A DNA stretch of 21,898 nt. Source: Phycisphaeraceae bacterium (lineage in GTDB: Bacteria > Planctomycetota > Phycisphaerae > Phycisphaerales > Zrk34). The DNA lies in contig JBBDRF010000065.1 in NCBI GenBank assembly GCA_040905565.1, positions 1-21,898 of the forward strand, in the 5' to 3' direction. The notes under the pieces were generated by a model. The model saw only the letters and a list, made by a program, of their open reading frames with translations. It searched no databases and was not told where the DNA came from. Both the position numbers and the translations under genes were made by a program. Shown one piece after another: positions 7,340-15,294 of this stretch (positions are counted from its first letter, which is position 1; each line of letters opens with the position of its first letter).

Positions 7340-8278
7340 ATGATTGCCACGCATCTGACAAAAATCGTGCATTCCACCTGGTTTCAGGGCAGTATCATCG
7401 GCTTGATCCTGCTCGCCGCCGTGGTCGTCGGTCTGGAGACCAATCGCGACCTCATGGCCGAGTACGGACACATCCTCAAAGGTCTGGACGCGTTCATCAT
7501 CGGCGTGTTCATCCTCGAAGCGATTATGAAGATGGGGGCGCACGGTCGGCGCCCGCTGCGGTATTTTCGCGATCCGTGGAACTGCTTCGACTTCACGATC
7601 GTTGTGCTCTGCCTGATTCCTGCGACGGGTCAGTTCGCCGCGGTCATCCGACTCGCGCGTGTGCTGCGAACGCTTCGACTGGTTTCCGTCGTGCCTCGTT
7701 TGCAGATCATCGTCTCTTCGCTGCTCAAGGGGCTGCCCTCGATGGGCTACGTGGGCATTCTGCTGTTGATGCTGTTTTACGTTTACGCCGTGATGGGCGT
7801 GTTCCTGTTCCGCGACAACGATCCGTTCCACTTTCAGGACCTCGGCAATGCGATGCTGACGCTGTTCCGCATCGTCACGCTCGAAGACTGGACCGACGTG
7901 CTGTACACCCAGATGTATGGAGCCGATGTCCATCCCGCGGAAGGTCAGCCCCCCGTTGAGCCTCAATCGCTTGCTCAGCCGTACGTCGCTGTGACGTATT
8001 TCGTCTCGTTCGTGCTGCTGGGCACGATCATCATGCTGAACCTGGTGATCGGCGTGATCCTCTCATCCATGCAGGAAGCCCAGACCGAGCGCGACCGCAC
8101 CACGCTTGCGACCGCCCGCAAGACGGAAAAAGGCCTCACCGCCTATCAGGAGATCGAGATGCTCGAACACCAGATGGACGAGATGAAGCAGCATCTTCAC
8201 ATCGTGCGTGCCAGATTGAAACATGACTATCAGGAAGTGGCACAGGAACGGCTGGAGAATGCCGTTTCGGAAGCGTGA
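7340..8278 (+). CDS. Voltage-gated cation channel, BacNav-like 6TM (Ion_trans)
   Basis: S1-S6 hydrophobic pattern, YFRDPWNCFDFTIV, S4 RLARVLRTLR, pore TLFRIVTLEDWTD, S6 LNLVIGVILSSM, C-terminal coiled-coil-like tail. Confidence 0.95.
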   Translation: MIATHLTKIVHSTWFQGSIIGLILLAAVVVGLETNRDLMAEYGHILKGLDAFIIGVFILEAIMKMGAHGRRPLRYFRDPWNCFDFTIVVLCLIPATGQFAAVIRLARVLRTLRLVSVVPRLQIIVSSLLKGLPSMGYVGILLLMLFYVYAVMGVFLFRDNDPFHFQDLGNAMLTLFRIVTLEDWTDVLYTQMYGADVHPAEGQPPVEPQSLAQPYVAVTYFVSFVLLGTIIMLNLVIGVILSSMQEAQTERDRTTLATARKTEKGLTAYQEIEMLEHQMDEMKQHLHIVRARLKHDYQEVAQERLENAVSEA

Positions 8279-8296
8279 CGCATCACCGAGGACGCA

Positions 8297-8761
8297 TCAG
8301 ATATCCTCGCCGCGTTCGCCGTCTTCCTGTTCGTCGAGGACGCGCTGGAGGTAGGCGTCGAGGTATTTGCGGTTGAACAGTTCGACGGCCGAGGCGGTCT
8401 GGCCGTGGGCCATGCCCCAGATGTTCACGCGCAGGTCGAGCATTTCAGGATCGAGCTGAATCACCAGTTGCTCATCGACCTGCAGCGCGTTGGGCAGGCG
8501 CGGGTAGAGGTAGGCTGAGAGTGCGTTGACGCCCGGCCCGCCGATGCAGATCAGCGGCCGATTGTGCAGTTCCTCGTTGTTGAGGTACCACACGTCCGAG
8601 CAGACCAACGGCACGATCAAGTCCGACGGCTCCGCGTGGACGTCAAGGTACTCGTTCAGCGTCTGCTGAAGGCGATACGCGATCGGCCTGTCGGCAGCCT
8701 CGGCTTTGAGGTGCGCGCCCACCACGATCAGCAACAGCTTGTCTTCATCGATGTCGGGCAT
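8297..8761 (-). CDS. Hypothetical protein (alpha/beta, IGGPxVN motif)
   Basis: 154-aa ORF with globular-looking composition, 37 nt downstream of argF on the same strand. Fills the gap without overlap. Confidence 0.8.
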   Translation of the reverse strand: MPDIDEDKLLLIVVGAHLKAEAADRPIAYRLQQTLNEYLDVHAEPSDLIVPLVCSDVWYLNNEELHNRPLICIGGPGVNALSAYLYPRLPNALQVDEQLVIQLDPEMLDLRVNIWGMAHGQTASAVELFNRKYLDAYLQRVLDEQEDGERGEDI

Positions 8762-8798
8762 AAGGGAAACGTGTGATGTTTGATGAGGGTGAGGTGGA

Positions 8799-9725
8799 TC
8801 AGGCGTTGCCCAGCAGGACGGCCAGCAGGCCCTTTTGCGCGTGGAGGCGGTTGTGTGCTTGCGGGAAGACGCGTGACTGGGGGCCGTCCATGACGTCGTC
8901 GGTGATCTCGATGCCTCGGTAGGCGGGCAGACAGTGCAGGACGATGGCGTGATCCGGGGCCGAGGCCAACAGCTTCGCGTTGATCTGATAGGGCGCGAAG
9001 GTTTCGAGTCGGGCGGCCTTCTCGTCCTCCTGCCCCATCGACACGAACGTATCGGCGTAGATCGCGTCGGCCTGCCGCACCGCTTCGTGCGGATGGTCGG
9101 TCACCTCAAGCAAAGCGTCGGGGCACTGCCTGCGGATCTCCTTGTAGACCGAGCCGTCGAGCTTGAAGCCTTCCGGGGCAGCGAGCACAAAGCGGATGCC
9201 CAGCTTCGCGCACAGCTGCGCCAGTGAGCATGCGACGTTGTTGCCGTCGCCGACGAACGCGACGGTTCGGCCGCTGAGGTCCGGCCCGAACTCGTCGTGC
9301 ATGGTCAGCACGTCGGCCATGGCCTGGCAGGGATGCGAGCGATCGGACAGGGCGTTGATGACGGGCCCGGTGGCGTAGGCTGCCATCTCGGTAAGCTTTT
9401 CGTGTTCGAAGACCCGCGCAGCGATGCCGTGGACCATGCCGTTGAGCACGCGGGTGAAGTCCGCCACGCTCTCCCGCTGCCCCAGCCCGACTTCCTGCTG
9501 CTGCAGGACGATCGCGTGGCCGCCGAGCTCGAGCATCGCCTGCTGAAAGCTGACGCGCGTCCGCAGGCTGGGCTTTTCCGAGAGCATGACGAGGCTTTTG
9601 CCAGCCAGCATCGTCTCAAGCCGACCGGCCTCGCGGCTCTGCCTCAGCGTCGTGGCGACCTCGAGGACATGGTTGAGCCAGTCCGCTTCGTGGTCGGGGA
9701 TATCAATGAAGTGCTGTGTTTTCAT
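8799..9725 (-). CDS. argF: Ornithine carbamoyltransferase
   Basis: EKPSLRTRVSF, RESVADFTRVL, VINALSDRSHPCQAMAD, VGDGNNV, SMG loop, HCLPA. Adjacent to argB. Confidence 0.95.
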   Translation of the reverse strand: MKTQHFIDIPDHEADWLNHVLEVATTLRQSREAGRLETMLAGKSLVMLSEKPSLRTRVSFQQAMLELGGHAIVLQQQEVGLGQRESVADFTRVLNGMVHGIAARVFEHEKLTEMAAYATGPVINALSDRSHPCQAMADVLTMHDEFGPDLSGRTVAFVGDGNNVACSLAQLCAKLGIRFVLAAPEGFKLDGSVYKEIRRQCPDALLEVTDHPHEAVRQADAIYADTFVSMGQEDEKAARLETFAPYQINAKLLASAPDHAIVLHCLPAYRGIEITDDVMDGPQSRVFPQAHNRLHAQKGLLAVLLGNA

Positions 9726-9753
9726 GGTCGCATTTCGATGCATAACAGCCCCC

Positions 9754-10629
9754 TCAGGCGATGACGATCTCGGTGCCGATGCCCGTGGTCGAGAAGATTT
9801 CCAGCAGCAGCGAATGCGGGATTCGGCCGTCGATGATGTGCGTTTTGCTCACGCCGCCTTCGAGTGCCGTGAAGCACGCATCGACCTTGGGCAGCATGCC
9901 TTCGGAAATGACGTTCTGCTCGATGAGCTTTTCGATGTCGCTTTTGCGCAGATGGCTGGCGAGCGTTTCTTCGCCGTCGCCGGTGCGGATGCCGTGCGTA
10001 TCGCTGACAAGCACCAGCTTCTCGGCACCGACCGCAGCGGCCACCACGCCCGCAGCCGAGTCGGCGTTGATGTTCAGCTTGCCGCCCGCCTGGTCGCGCG
10101 CGATCGGTGCGATCACGGGGATGATCTCCGAGCCGATCAGGGCGTTGACGAGGTCGGCGTTCACGCCCTCAAGCTCACCCACGTAGCCGAGGTCGATACG
10201 GCGGCCGCCCTCGCCGGCGAGGTAAGCGCGCTTGGCGAAGATGACACAACTGGCGAGGCTGTGCAGCCCCATGGCCCGGTGGCCGAAGCGGTTGATCTCG
10301 TCGACGATGAATTTGTTGACCTCGTTCACCAGCACATGCTCAGCGATCGTCAGCGTGCGGTCATCGGTGTAGCGACGGCCCTGCACGAACTGGGCCTGGA
10401 GCCCCTCGGCGGCCATGGCTTGGCTGATGGCCTTGCCGCCGCCGTGGACGATCAGCGGGCGCATGCCCACGGCATCCATGAAGCAGATGTCCTTGAGCAG
10501 CCGCTTCAGGCCCTCGGGGTCGTCCATGATCGAACCGCCGACCTTGACGACGACGGTCTTGCCCTCGAACTGGCGTATGTATTGGTGTGCTTCGATCAGC
10601 ACACCCGCTTTCTGAATTGCCTGCTCCAT
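9754..10629 (-). CDS. argB: Acetylglutamate kinase
   Basis: VVVKVGGS, IVHGGG, GRRYTD, DLGYVG, NINADSAA, GMLPKV, HIIDGRIPHSLLLEIFSTTGIGT. Start taken at MEQAIQKA. Confidence 0.96.
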   Translation of the reverse strand: MEQAIQKAGVLIEAHQYIRQFEGKTVVVKVGGSIMDDPEGLKRLLKDICFMDAVGMRPLIVHGGGKAISQAMAAEGLQAQFVQGRRYTDDRTLTIAEHVLVNEVNKFIVDEINRFGHRAMGLHSLASCVIFAKRAYLAGEGGRRIDLGYVGELEGVNADLVNALIGSEIIPVIAPIARDQAGGKLNINADSAAGVVAAAVGAEKLVLVSDTHGIRTGDGEETLASHLRKSDIEKLIEQNVISEGMLPKVDACFTALEGGVSKTHIIDGRIPHSLLLEIFSTTGIGTEIVIA

Positions 10630-10660
10630 CGCCGCTCTTCCGCGTAGGGGAAAACGAGCC

Positions 10661-10668
10661 ATGATACC
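10661..10668 (-). promoter_or_regulatory. Putative -10 box (ggTATCAT) for argB-argF
   Basis: Minus-strand GGTATCAT about 30 nt upstream of the argB ATG. Confidence 0.4.
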
Positions 10669-10813
10669 CCGCGCCCGCATACCCCACAACGGGCGACCGG
10701 CGAGGCGTAGCCTCGCGGCTATTTTGAGGGCGGCGCGAAATAGCCGCGACGTTACACGTCGCCGGGGCCCCTCGCGCGTTGCTAACACCGCACGTTTCGG
10801 GCAATATACGCCC

Positions 10814-11812
10814 ATGATGAACAAACAGACGGCTGGACGGACGAGCATCGGCGTCATCTTTGCGCTGACGCTGCTTGCGGGCACCTTCGCGATCACCCAG
10901 GAAGCACGCGCCGACAGCGGCGCGGCCCTGATGCTCGCGCCCTGGGAGGAGGGCAACGCCTTCGAGCTTGATGCCGACCTCTTTGTGCAGAGCCGCGGTC
11001 GCGTAAGGCAGCCAGGCGGCGAGCGGGTCCGCATCAACACCTACGAATCCTCGGGCCGTTTCCGCTTCGATACCGAAAGCCGGCACAGCCCCGCCATCGG
11101 CTACGATTTCTACCACGTCGACTTCAACCACGACGGCTCGAATCTGCCCGAGCGGTTGAGCGATCAGTCCGTCGGCGTCGGCTTCGGGATTGGTGAGTGG
11201 GAGGGCTGGGAGATCGGCGCGACGGCCGGCTTCGGCTTCGCAGGCGACCTGCCCTACAGCGATCAGCACGCCTGGTACGCCAAGGGCAACCTGATCGCCT
11301 CGCGCGAGCTGGATCCGCACACTTCGCTTCAGCTCGTGCTCAACTACGACGGCAACCGTTCGATTCTGCCCGACGTGCCCCTGCCCGGCATCGCCTACAC
11401 CCGCCGTGTTTCCGAAACCTTTACCTACACCGCAGGCATCCCCTACAGCGCCATCACGTGGAAGCCGATGCCCAAGCTCACCGTCGACGCTCGCCTCGCG
11501 CTGCTCTACAACGCCAGTGCGACGGTCACTTACGAACTGATGGATAGCCTGGACATTTTCGGCGCCTTCTACAACCGCTACACCGGGTTTCATGTGAAGG
11601 ATGACGACAGCAATCGCCGCATGTTCTTTCGGCAGCGCCGGGTCGAAGCCGGCGTACGCTACTCACGCTCGGAGAACTGGGAACTCATGGCGGCGGCAGG
11701 TTACGCGTTCGATCAGGAACTGCGGCGGGGCTGGGACGTGCGCGATCTTTCCACGCCCACCAAGTTCACCAGCGAACCGTACCTCCGAGTCGGCTTCGAC
11801 GTCACGTTCTAA
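10814..11812 (+). CDS. Putative outer-membrane beta-barrel protein of unknown function
   Basis: Signal peptide ending ARA, alternating amphipathic strands rich in G/Y/F, C-terminal LRVGFDVTF ending in Phe (BAM-type signal). Confidence 0.8.
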   Translation: MMNKQTAGRTSIGVIFALTLLAGTFAITQEARADSGAALMLAPWEEGNAFELDADLFVQSRGRVRQPGGERVRINTYESSGRFRFDTESRHSPAIGYDFYHVDFNHDGSNLPERLSDQSVGVGFGIGEWEGWEIGATAGFGFAGDLPYSDQHAWYAKGNLIASRELDPHTSLQLVLNYDGNRSILPDVPLPGIAYTRRVSETFTYTAGIPYSAITWKPMPKLTVDARLALLYNASATVTYELMDSLDIFGAFYNRYTGFHVKDDDSNRRMFFRQRRVEAGVRYSRSENWELMAAAGYAFDQELRRGWDVRDLSTPTKFTSEPYLRVGFDVTF

Positions 11813-11919
11813 ATAGAAGCAAACAGAGTCGGGCTGTCCCACACACAGGGCCCCCAAATTTGCCGGGTACGCGCCGGCGTAGTAACCTGCGATTCTTTAC
11901 GCAACAGGAGCGACTGGAT

Positions 11920-12699
11920 ATGGGTTTGTTGACCGGCAAGCGCGGCATTGTTTTCGGGATCGCCAACGATCGCAGCTATGCGTTCTTCATTGCCAAGCAA
12001 TTGATGGAGCACGGCGCCGAGTGCGTCTTCAGCCATCTGCCCGGCGACAAGATGGAACGCCGGTGCCGCAAGGCCGTCAAGGAACTGGGCATCGACGATC
12101 CCTGGCTCGCCGAGGCCGACTGCGGCAGCGATGAAGATCTCGACCGCGTGTTCAACAAGCTCGGCGAGGACTTCGGCAAGATCGACTTCGTCATCCACTC
12201 CATCGCCTTCGCCGATCGCCAGTACCTGCAGATGGGCAACTTCATCAAGACCTCGCGCGAAGCGTTCGTGCAGTCGATGGATATCTCCGCGTACAGCCTG
12301 CTGGCGATGGCCCAGCGTGCCCAGCCGTTGATGCCCGAGGGCGGGTCGATCCTCTCGATGAGCTACTACGGCGGCGAAAAGGTCATCCCCGGCTACAACG
12401 TGATGGGCGTCGCCAAAGCTGCGCTGGAGCACACGACCCGCTACCTCGCGTTCGATCTTGGTGAGCAGAACATCCGCGTGAACAGCATCTCAGGCGGTCC
12501 GCTTCGCACGCTTGCTTCCTCCGCGGTCGGCGGCATCGATGTCATGTTCGAGCATCAGGAAAAGAAGGCTCCGCTCCGCCGAAACATCACCGGCGAAGAG
12601 GTCGGCAACACCGCGGTCTACCTGGTGAGCGAGCTTTCCAGCGGCGTCACCGGCGAACTGATCCACGTCGACGCAGGCTTCAGCACCGTCGGGCTCTAG
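11920..12699 (+). CDS. fabI: Enoyl-ACP reductase (NADH)
   Basis: GIANDRSYA, HSIAFA, DISAYSL, YNVMGVAKAALE, IRVNSISGGPLRTLA, HVDAGF. SD AGGAG at 11906. Confidence 0.96.
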   Translation: MGLLTGKRGIVFGIANDRSYAFFIAKQLMEHGAECVFSHLPGDKMERRCRKAVKELGIDDPWLAEADCGSDEDLDRVFNKLGEDFGKIDFVIHSIAFADRQYLQMGNFIKTSREAFVQSMDISAYSLLAMAQRAQPLMPEGGSILSMSYYGGEKVIPGYNVMGVAKAALEHTTRYLAFDLGEQNIRVNSISGGPLRTLASSAVGGIDVMFEHQEKKAPLRRNITGEEVGNTAVYLVSELSSGVTGELIHVDAGFSTVGL

Positions 12700-12785
12700 A
12701 TCCCCGTCGTGATTCGTACATAGCCTCGGCCTTGGCCGAGGAAATCGCGCGGACTCCGGGCCAAAATCTCCAATCGAGGTACGGC

Positions 12786-13535
12786 ATGATGCACGTCAGA
12801 CGATCGCACGCAGCGCTATTTTCACTGGTCGCCGTTCTGTTGCTGGGCGTGTTCAGTGCGGCACGCGTCGTCGGCGAGGAGTCGTCGCAGCCTGCCTCGT
12901 ACGACCCGCTGGAGATGTACGAAGTTCGGCCGATACGCGGCTGGGATGTCCACGTCAATCAACGGCTGCTGGCGGAAGAGGACCTCGCAGCGGAGGTGCT
13001 TGAACTGTTGGAGCATCGCCTGGCGGATGTGAATCGTCTCCTGCCGAGGCCCGCGCTGGAGAAGCTGCACACCGTGAAAATCTGGTGCGAGCTGGAACAT
13101 CCCACGCACCCCAACGCGCACTACCACCCGAACCCCGGGTGGCTCGAGGCCAATGGTTTTCTGCCGGACAAGCATCAGGGGGTGGAGTTCGGCAGCGCTC
13201 GCCGATTCCTCAATTTCATCCGCCCTCAACCGTTCGTGGTGGTGCACGAACTGGCGCACGCTTATCACCACGGGTTTCTCGAGGACGGCTACCAGAATGC
13301 TGAGATCCGCGAGGCCTACGAAGCGGCGAAGGCCAGCGGCAAGTACGAAGAAGTTCTGCACATCAACGGCCACACGACCCGGCATTACGCGCTGACGAAT
13401 CCGATGGAATATTTCGCGGAGGGGACCGAGGCCTACTTCGGCACGAACGATTTCTACCCGTTCGTCCGGGCCGAGCTCAAGGAGCACGACCCGAAGCTGT
13501 ACGAACTGCTCGAGCGCCTGTGGCATCTGGAATAG
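12786..13535 (+). CDS. Secreted zinc metallopeptidase (HExxH plus downstream E)
   Basis: Signal peptide, VVHELAHAYH, YALTNPMEYFAEGTEAYF, LKEHDPKLYELL. Confidence 0.85.
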   Translation: MMHVRRSHAALFSLVAVLLLGVFSAARVVGEESSQPASYDPLEMYEVRPIRGWDVHVNQRLLAEEDLAAEVLELLEHRLADVNRLLPRPALEKLHTVKIWCELEHPTHPNAHYHPNPGWLEANGFLPDKHQGVEFGSARRFLNFIRPQPFVVVHELAHAYHHGFLEDGYQNAEIREAYEAAKASGKYEEVLHINGHTTRHYALTNPMEYFAEGTEAYFGTNDFYPFVRAELKEHDPKLYELLERLWHLE

Positions 13536-13549
13536 CAATGCGGCATGAC

Positions 13550-13571
13550 CGGCTTGGGGACAAGCTGGCTC
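13550..13571 (+). repeat. 22-nt REP-like hairpin (GGGA loop), copy b
   Basis: CGGCTTG-GGGA-CAAGCTG-GCTC: 17/22 identical to 4089-4110, and all differences preserve pairing. Confidence 0.55.
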
Positions 13572-13604
13572 CGTCAAGCCTGTTGCCCGGACGGGCGACG
13601 GTTT

Positions 13605-14936
13605 CTATCCCGGGAACCATCCCGACCGGTAGGCGGGCTTGACCAGTTCGGTGGCTTGCGGATTGTCGATGAAGCGCATGGCCTGTGGGTCCCACTTGAG
13701 CAGTTCGCCGTGGTGCTGCTGGGCGACCGTGCCGACGAGGCAGAGCTCGGTCAGTGGGCCTGAGATGCCGAAGCGGCTGGTCGTCTCATCCTCGCCTCGC
13801 ACGGCATCGATGAAGCTGTGCCAGTGGTTACGAGGCTCGAGCGTGGGGCGTGTGATCGAACGATTCAGCTCCTCCGGCAGGAACTGCGGCGCACCGACGT
13901 GGGGCAGCATCATCACGCCTTTTTCACCGATGAAGATCGACCCGTTCGACGGAAGCGAGCGGCCCTCAGGCATGTCGACGAGATCTTCGGGAGGCCTGCG
14001 GCCGCCGTCGTACCAGGTGACGGTGAGGCCGGCGTCGTCGGTGTATTCGGTGGCGTCGAAGGTGAAGCGAATCTGCCCGCCGCGGGGCCAGTGTTCTTCG
14101 GTTGCGCCGTTGCCTTCGCTCACAGCGGTGCGCGCCGGGCCGAGTTGCAAAGCGTTGGTGACGGGGTCGAACAGATGCGCCCCGAAGTTGCCCATCTGCC
14201 CCGTGCCGAAATCGAGCCAGTAGCGCCACCGGTAGGGGTGGTAGATGTCCTTGACGTAGGGCCGCATCGAGGCGGGGCCGATCCACGCTTCCCAGTTCAG
14301 GCTGTCGGGAATGGTGTCGCCCTCGGCGGGGCGTTCATCGATCTCGATGCCGGACGTGACGAACGAGTGCACCTCGCGCACCTTGCCGATCGTGCCTTCC
14401 TGGATCATCTGCACGGCCGTGCGATAGACGGTGCGGGAGTTGATCTGGTTGCCCATCTGCGTGACGAGATCCGGCGAGCGTTCGGCTGCGAGCGTCAGCT
14501 GTCGGGCTTCCCAGAGATCGTGCGTGAGGGGCTTTTCGGTGTAGACGTGCTTGCCCCGGCTCATCGCGGTGAGCGTGATGGCAGCATGGGTGTGGTCGGG
14601 GGTGGAAACGTTGACCGAATCGATCTGGTCGCCGAACTCATCGAACATGCGACGGTAGTCGTCGAAGTGCTTGGCGTTGGGCCACTGCTCAGCCGCCCGC
14701 TTGATGCGGTTTTTGTCGACGTCGCAGATGGCGGCCACGTCGACATGCTCATGGCTGGCGATGCTGTGCAGATCGTTAAAACCCATGCCGTTGACGCCGA
14801 TGCCCGCATGCTGCACCTTCCCGTTGGCCGAGGCAGCCCGAACCAGCCGGGGCAAAGCGAGCGGCATCAACGCCCCCGCGCCGATGTGCTTGAGAAACGT
14901 ACGACGGGACGCAGCGGCGCGGGCGTGAAGCATCAT
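13605..14936 (-). CDS. Tat-exported Gfo/Idh/MocA family oxidoreductase
   Basis: SRRTFLK twin-arginine signal, IGVNGMG, VSTPDHTH, KHVYTEKPLTH, TQMGNQ, WRYWLDFGTGQMG. SD AGGAG before ATG 14936. Confidence 0.93.
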   Translation of the reverse strand: MMLHARAAASRRTFLKHIGAGALMPLALPRLVRAASANGKVQHAGIGVNGMGFNDLHSIASHEHVDVAAICDVDKNRIKRAAEQWPNAKHFDDYRRMFDEFGDQIDSVNVSTPDHTHAAITLTAMSRGKHVYTEKPLTHDLWEARQLTLAAERSPDLVTQMGNQINSRTVYRTAVQMIQEGTIGKVREVHSFVTSGIEIDERPAEGDTIPDSLNWEAWIGPASMRPYVKDIYHPYRWRYWLDFGTGQMGNFGAHLFDPVTNALQLGPARTAVSEGNGATEEHWPRGGQIRFTFDATEYTDDAGLTVTWYDGGRRPPEDLVDMPEGRSLPSNGSIFIGEKGVMMLPHVGAPQFLPEELNRSITRPTLEPRNHWHSFIDAVRGEDETTSRFGISGPLTELCLVGTVAQQHHGELLKWDPQAMRFIDNPQATELVKPAYRSGWFPG

Positions 14937-14951
14937 GCAACTCCTGGCATA

Positions 14952-14990
14952 GGTCGGCGATGATCGTTCGACATCGCCGACCATTTTACC
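14952..14990 (-). promoter_or_regulatory. Putative -10 box (ggTAAAAT) abutting an 11-bp perfect inverted repeat
   Basis: Minus-strand GGTAAAAT at 14990-14983. GGTCGGCGATG (14952-14962) pairs with CATCGCCGACC (14972-14982). Confidence 0.5.
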
Positions 14991-15032
14991 GGCAACGGGG
15001 TCGGGCGACAACACGTGACATCAGGTGTGGTT

Positions 15033-15288
15033 TTGGAATGGGTCGAGCGAAGCGAAACCCACCGTCTCATTGATTGCTGATTCGGGCGGAAACGAGGCGC
15101 AGCGGATGCCCCGGCCAGCGAGCCCAGCGAGACGTTCGGGCTTTCCCCGGGACCTGTGCAAATGCCGGGGTTGATGTCGCCATCTCGCCCGGCCGTCTGC
15201 GCTGGCCGGGGCACCCTGAAGCCATGCCGCGTCCCCCCGTAGGGCCGCCCGTCCATGGTGGGTTTCGCTGCGCTCTACGCCACCCTAC
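15033..15288. repeat. REP doublet / REPIN-like nested inverted-repeat block
   Basis: 15033-15063 TTGGAATGGGTCGAGCGAAGCGAAACCCACC faces the reverse complement of 15257-15288, GTAGGGTGGCGTAGAGCGCAGCGAAACCCACC. Inner perfect 14-bp IR at 15107-15120/15200-15213. Confidence 0.75.
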
Positions 15289-15294
15289 AAAACG

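Noticed and set aside
8799..9725. SLRT instead of STRT suggested an N-acetyl/N-succinylornithine carbamoyltransferase (ArgF')
   Set aside because: The protein retains the SMG loop and HCLPAxRG of ordinary OTCases rather than HCLPxRR, so it is treated as normal ArgF.
9754..11040. Long N-terminal extensions given by the ORF track for argB (also iscS, fabI, sprT and the oxidoreductase)
   Set aside because: Family homology and SD/-10 positions point to downstream ATGs, and the argB extension would overlap a divergent gene.
12724..12741. Palindrome CCTCGGCC-TT-GGCCGAGG after fabI, and GCAGCGG-TCA-CCGCTGC at 1044-1060
   Set aside because: Short GC-rich hairpins with no T-tract and no second copy; they cannot be assigned a role.
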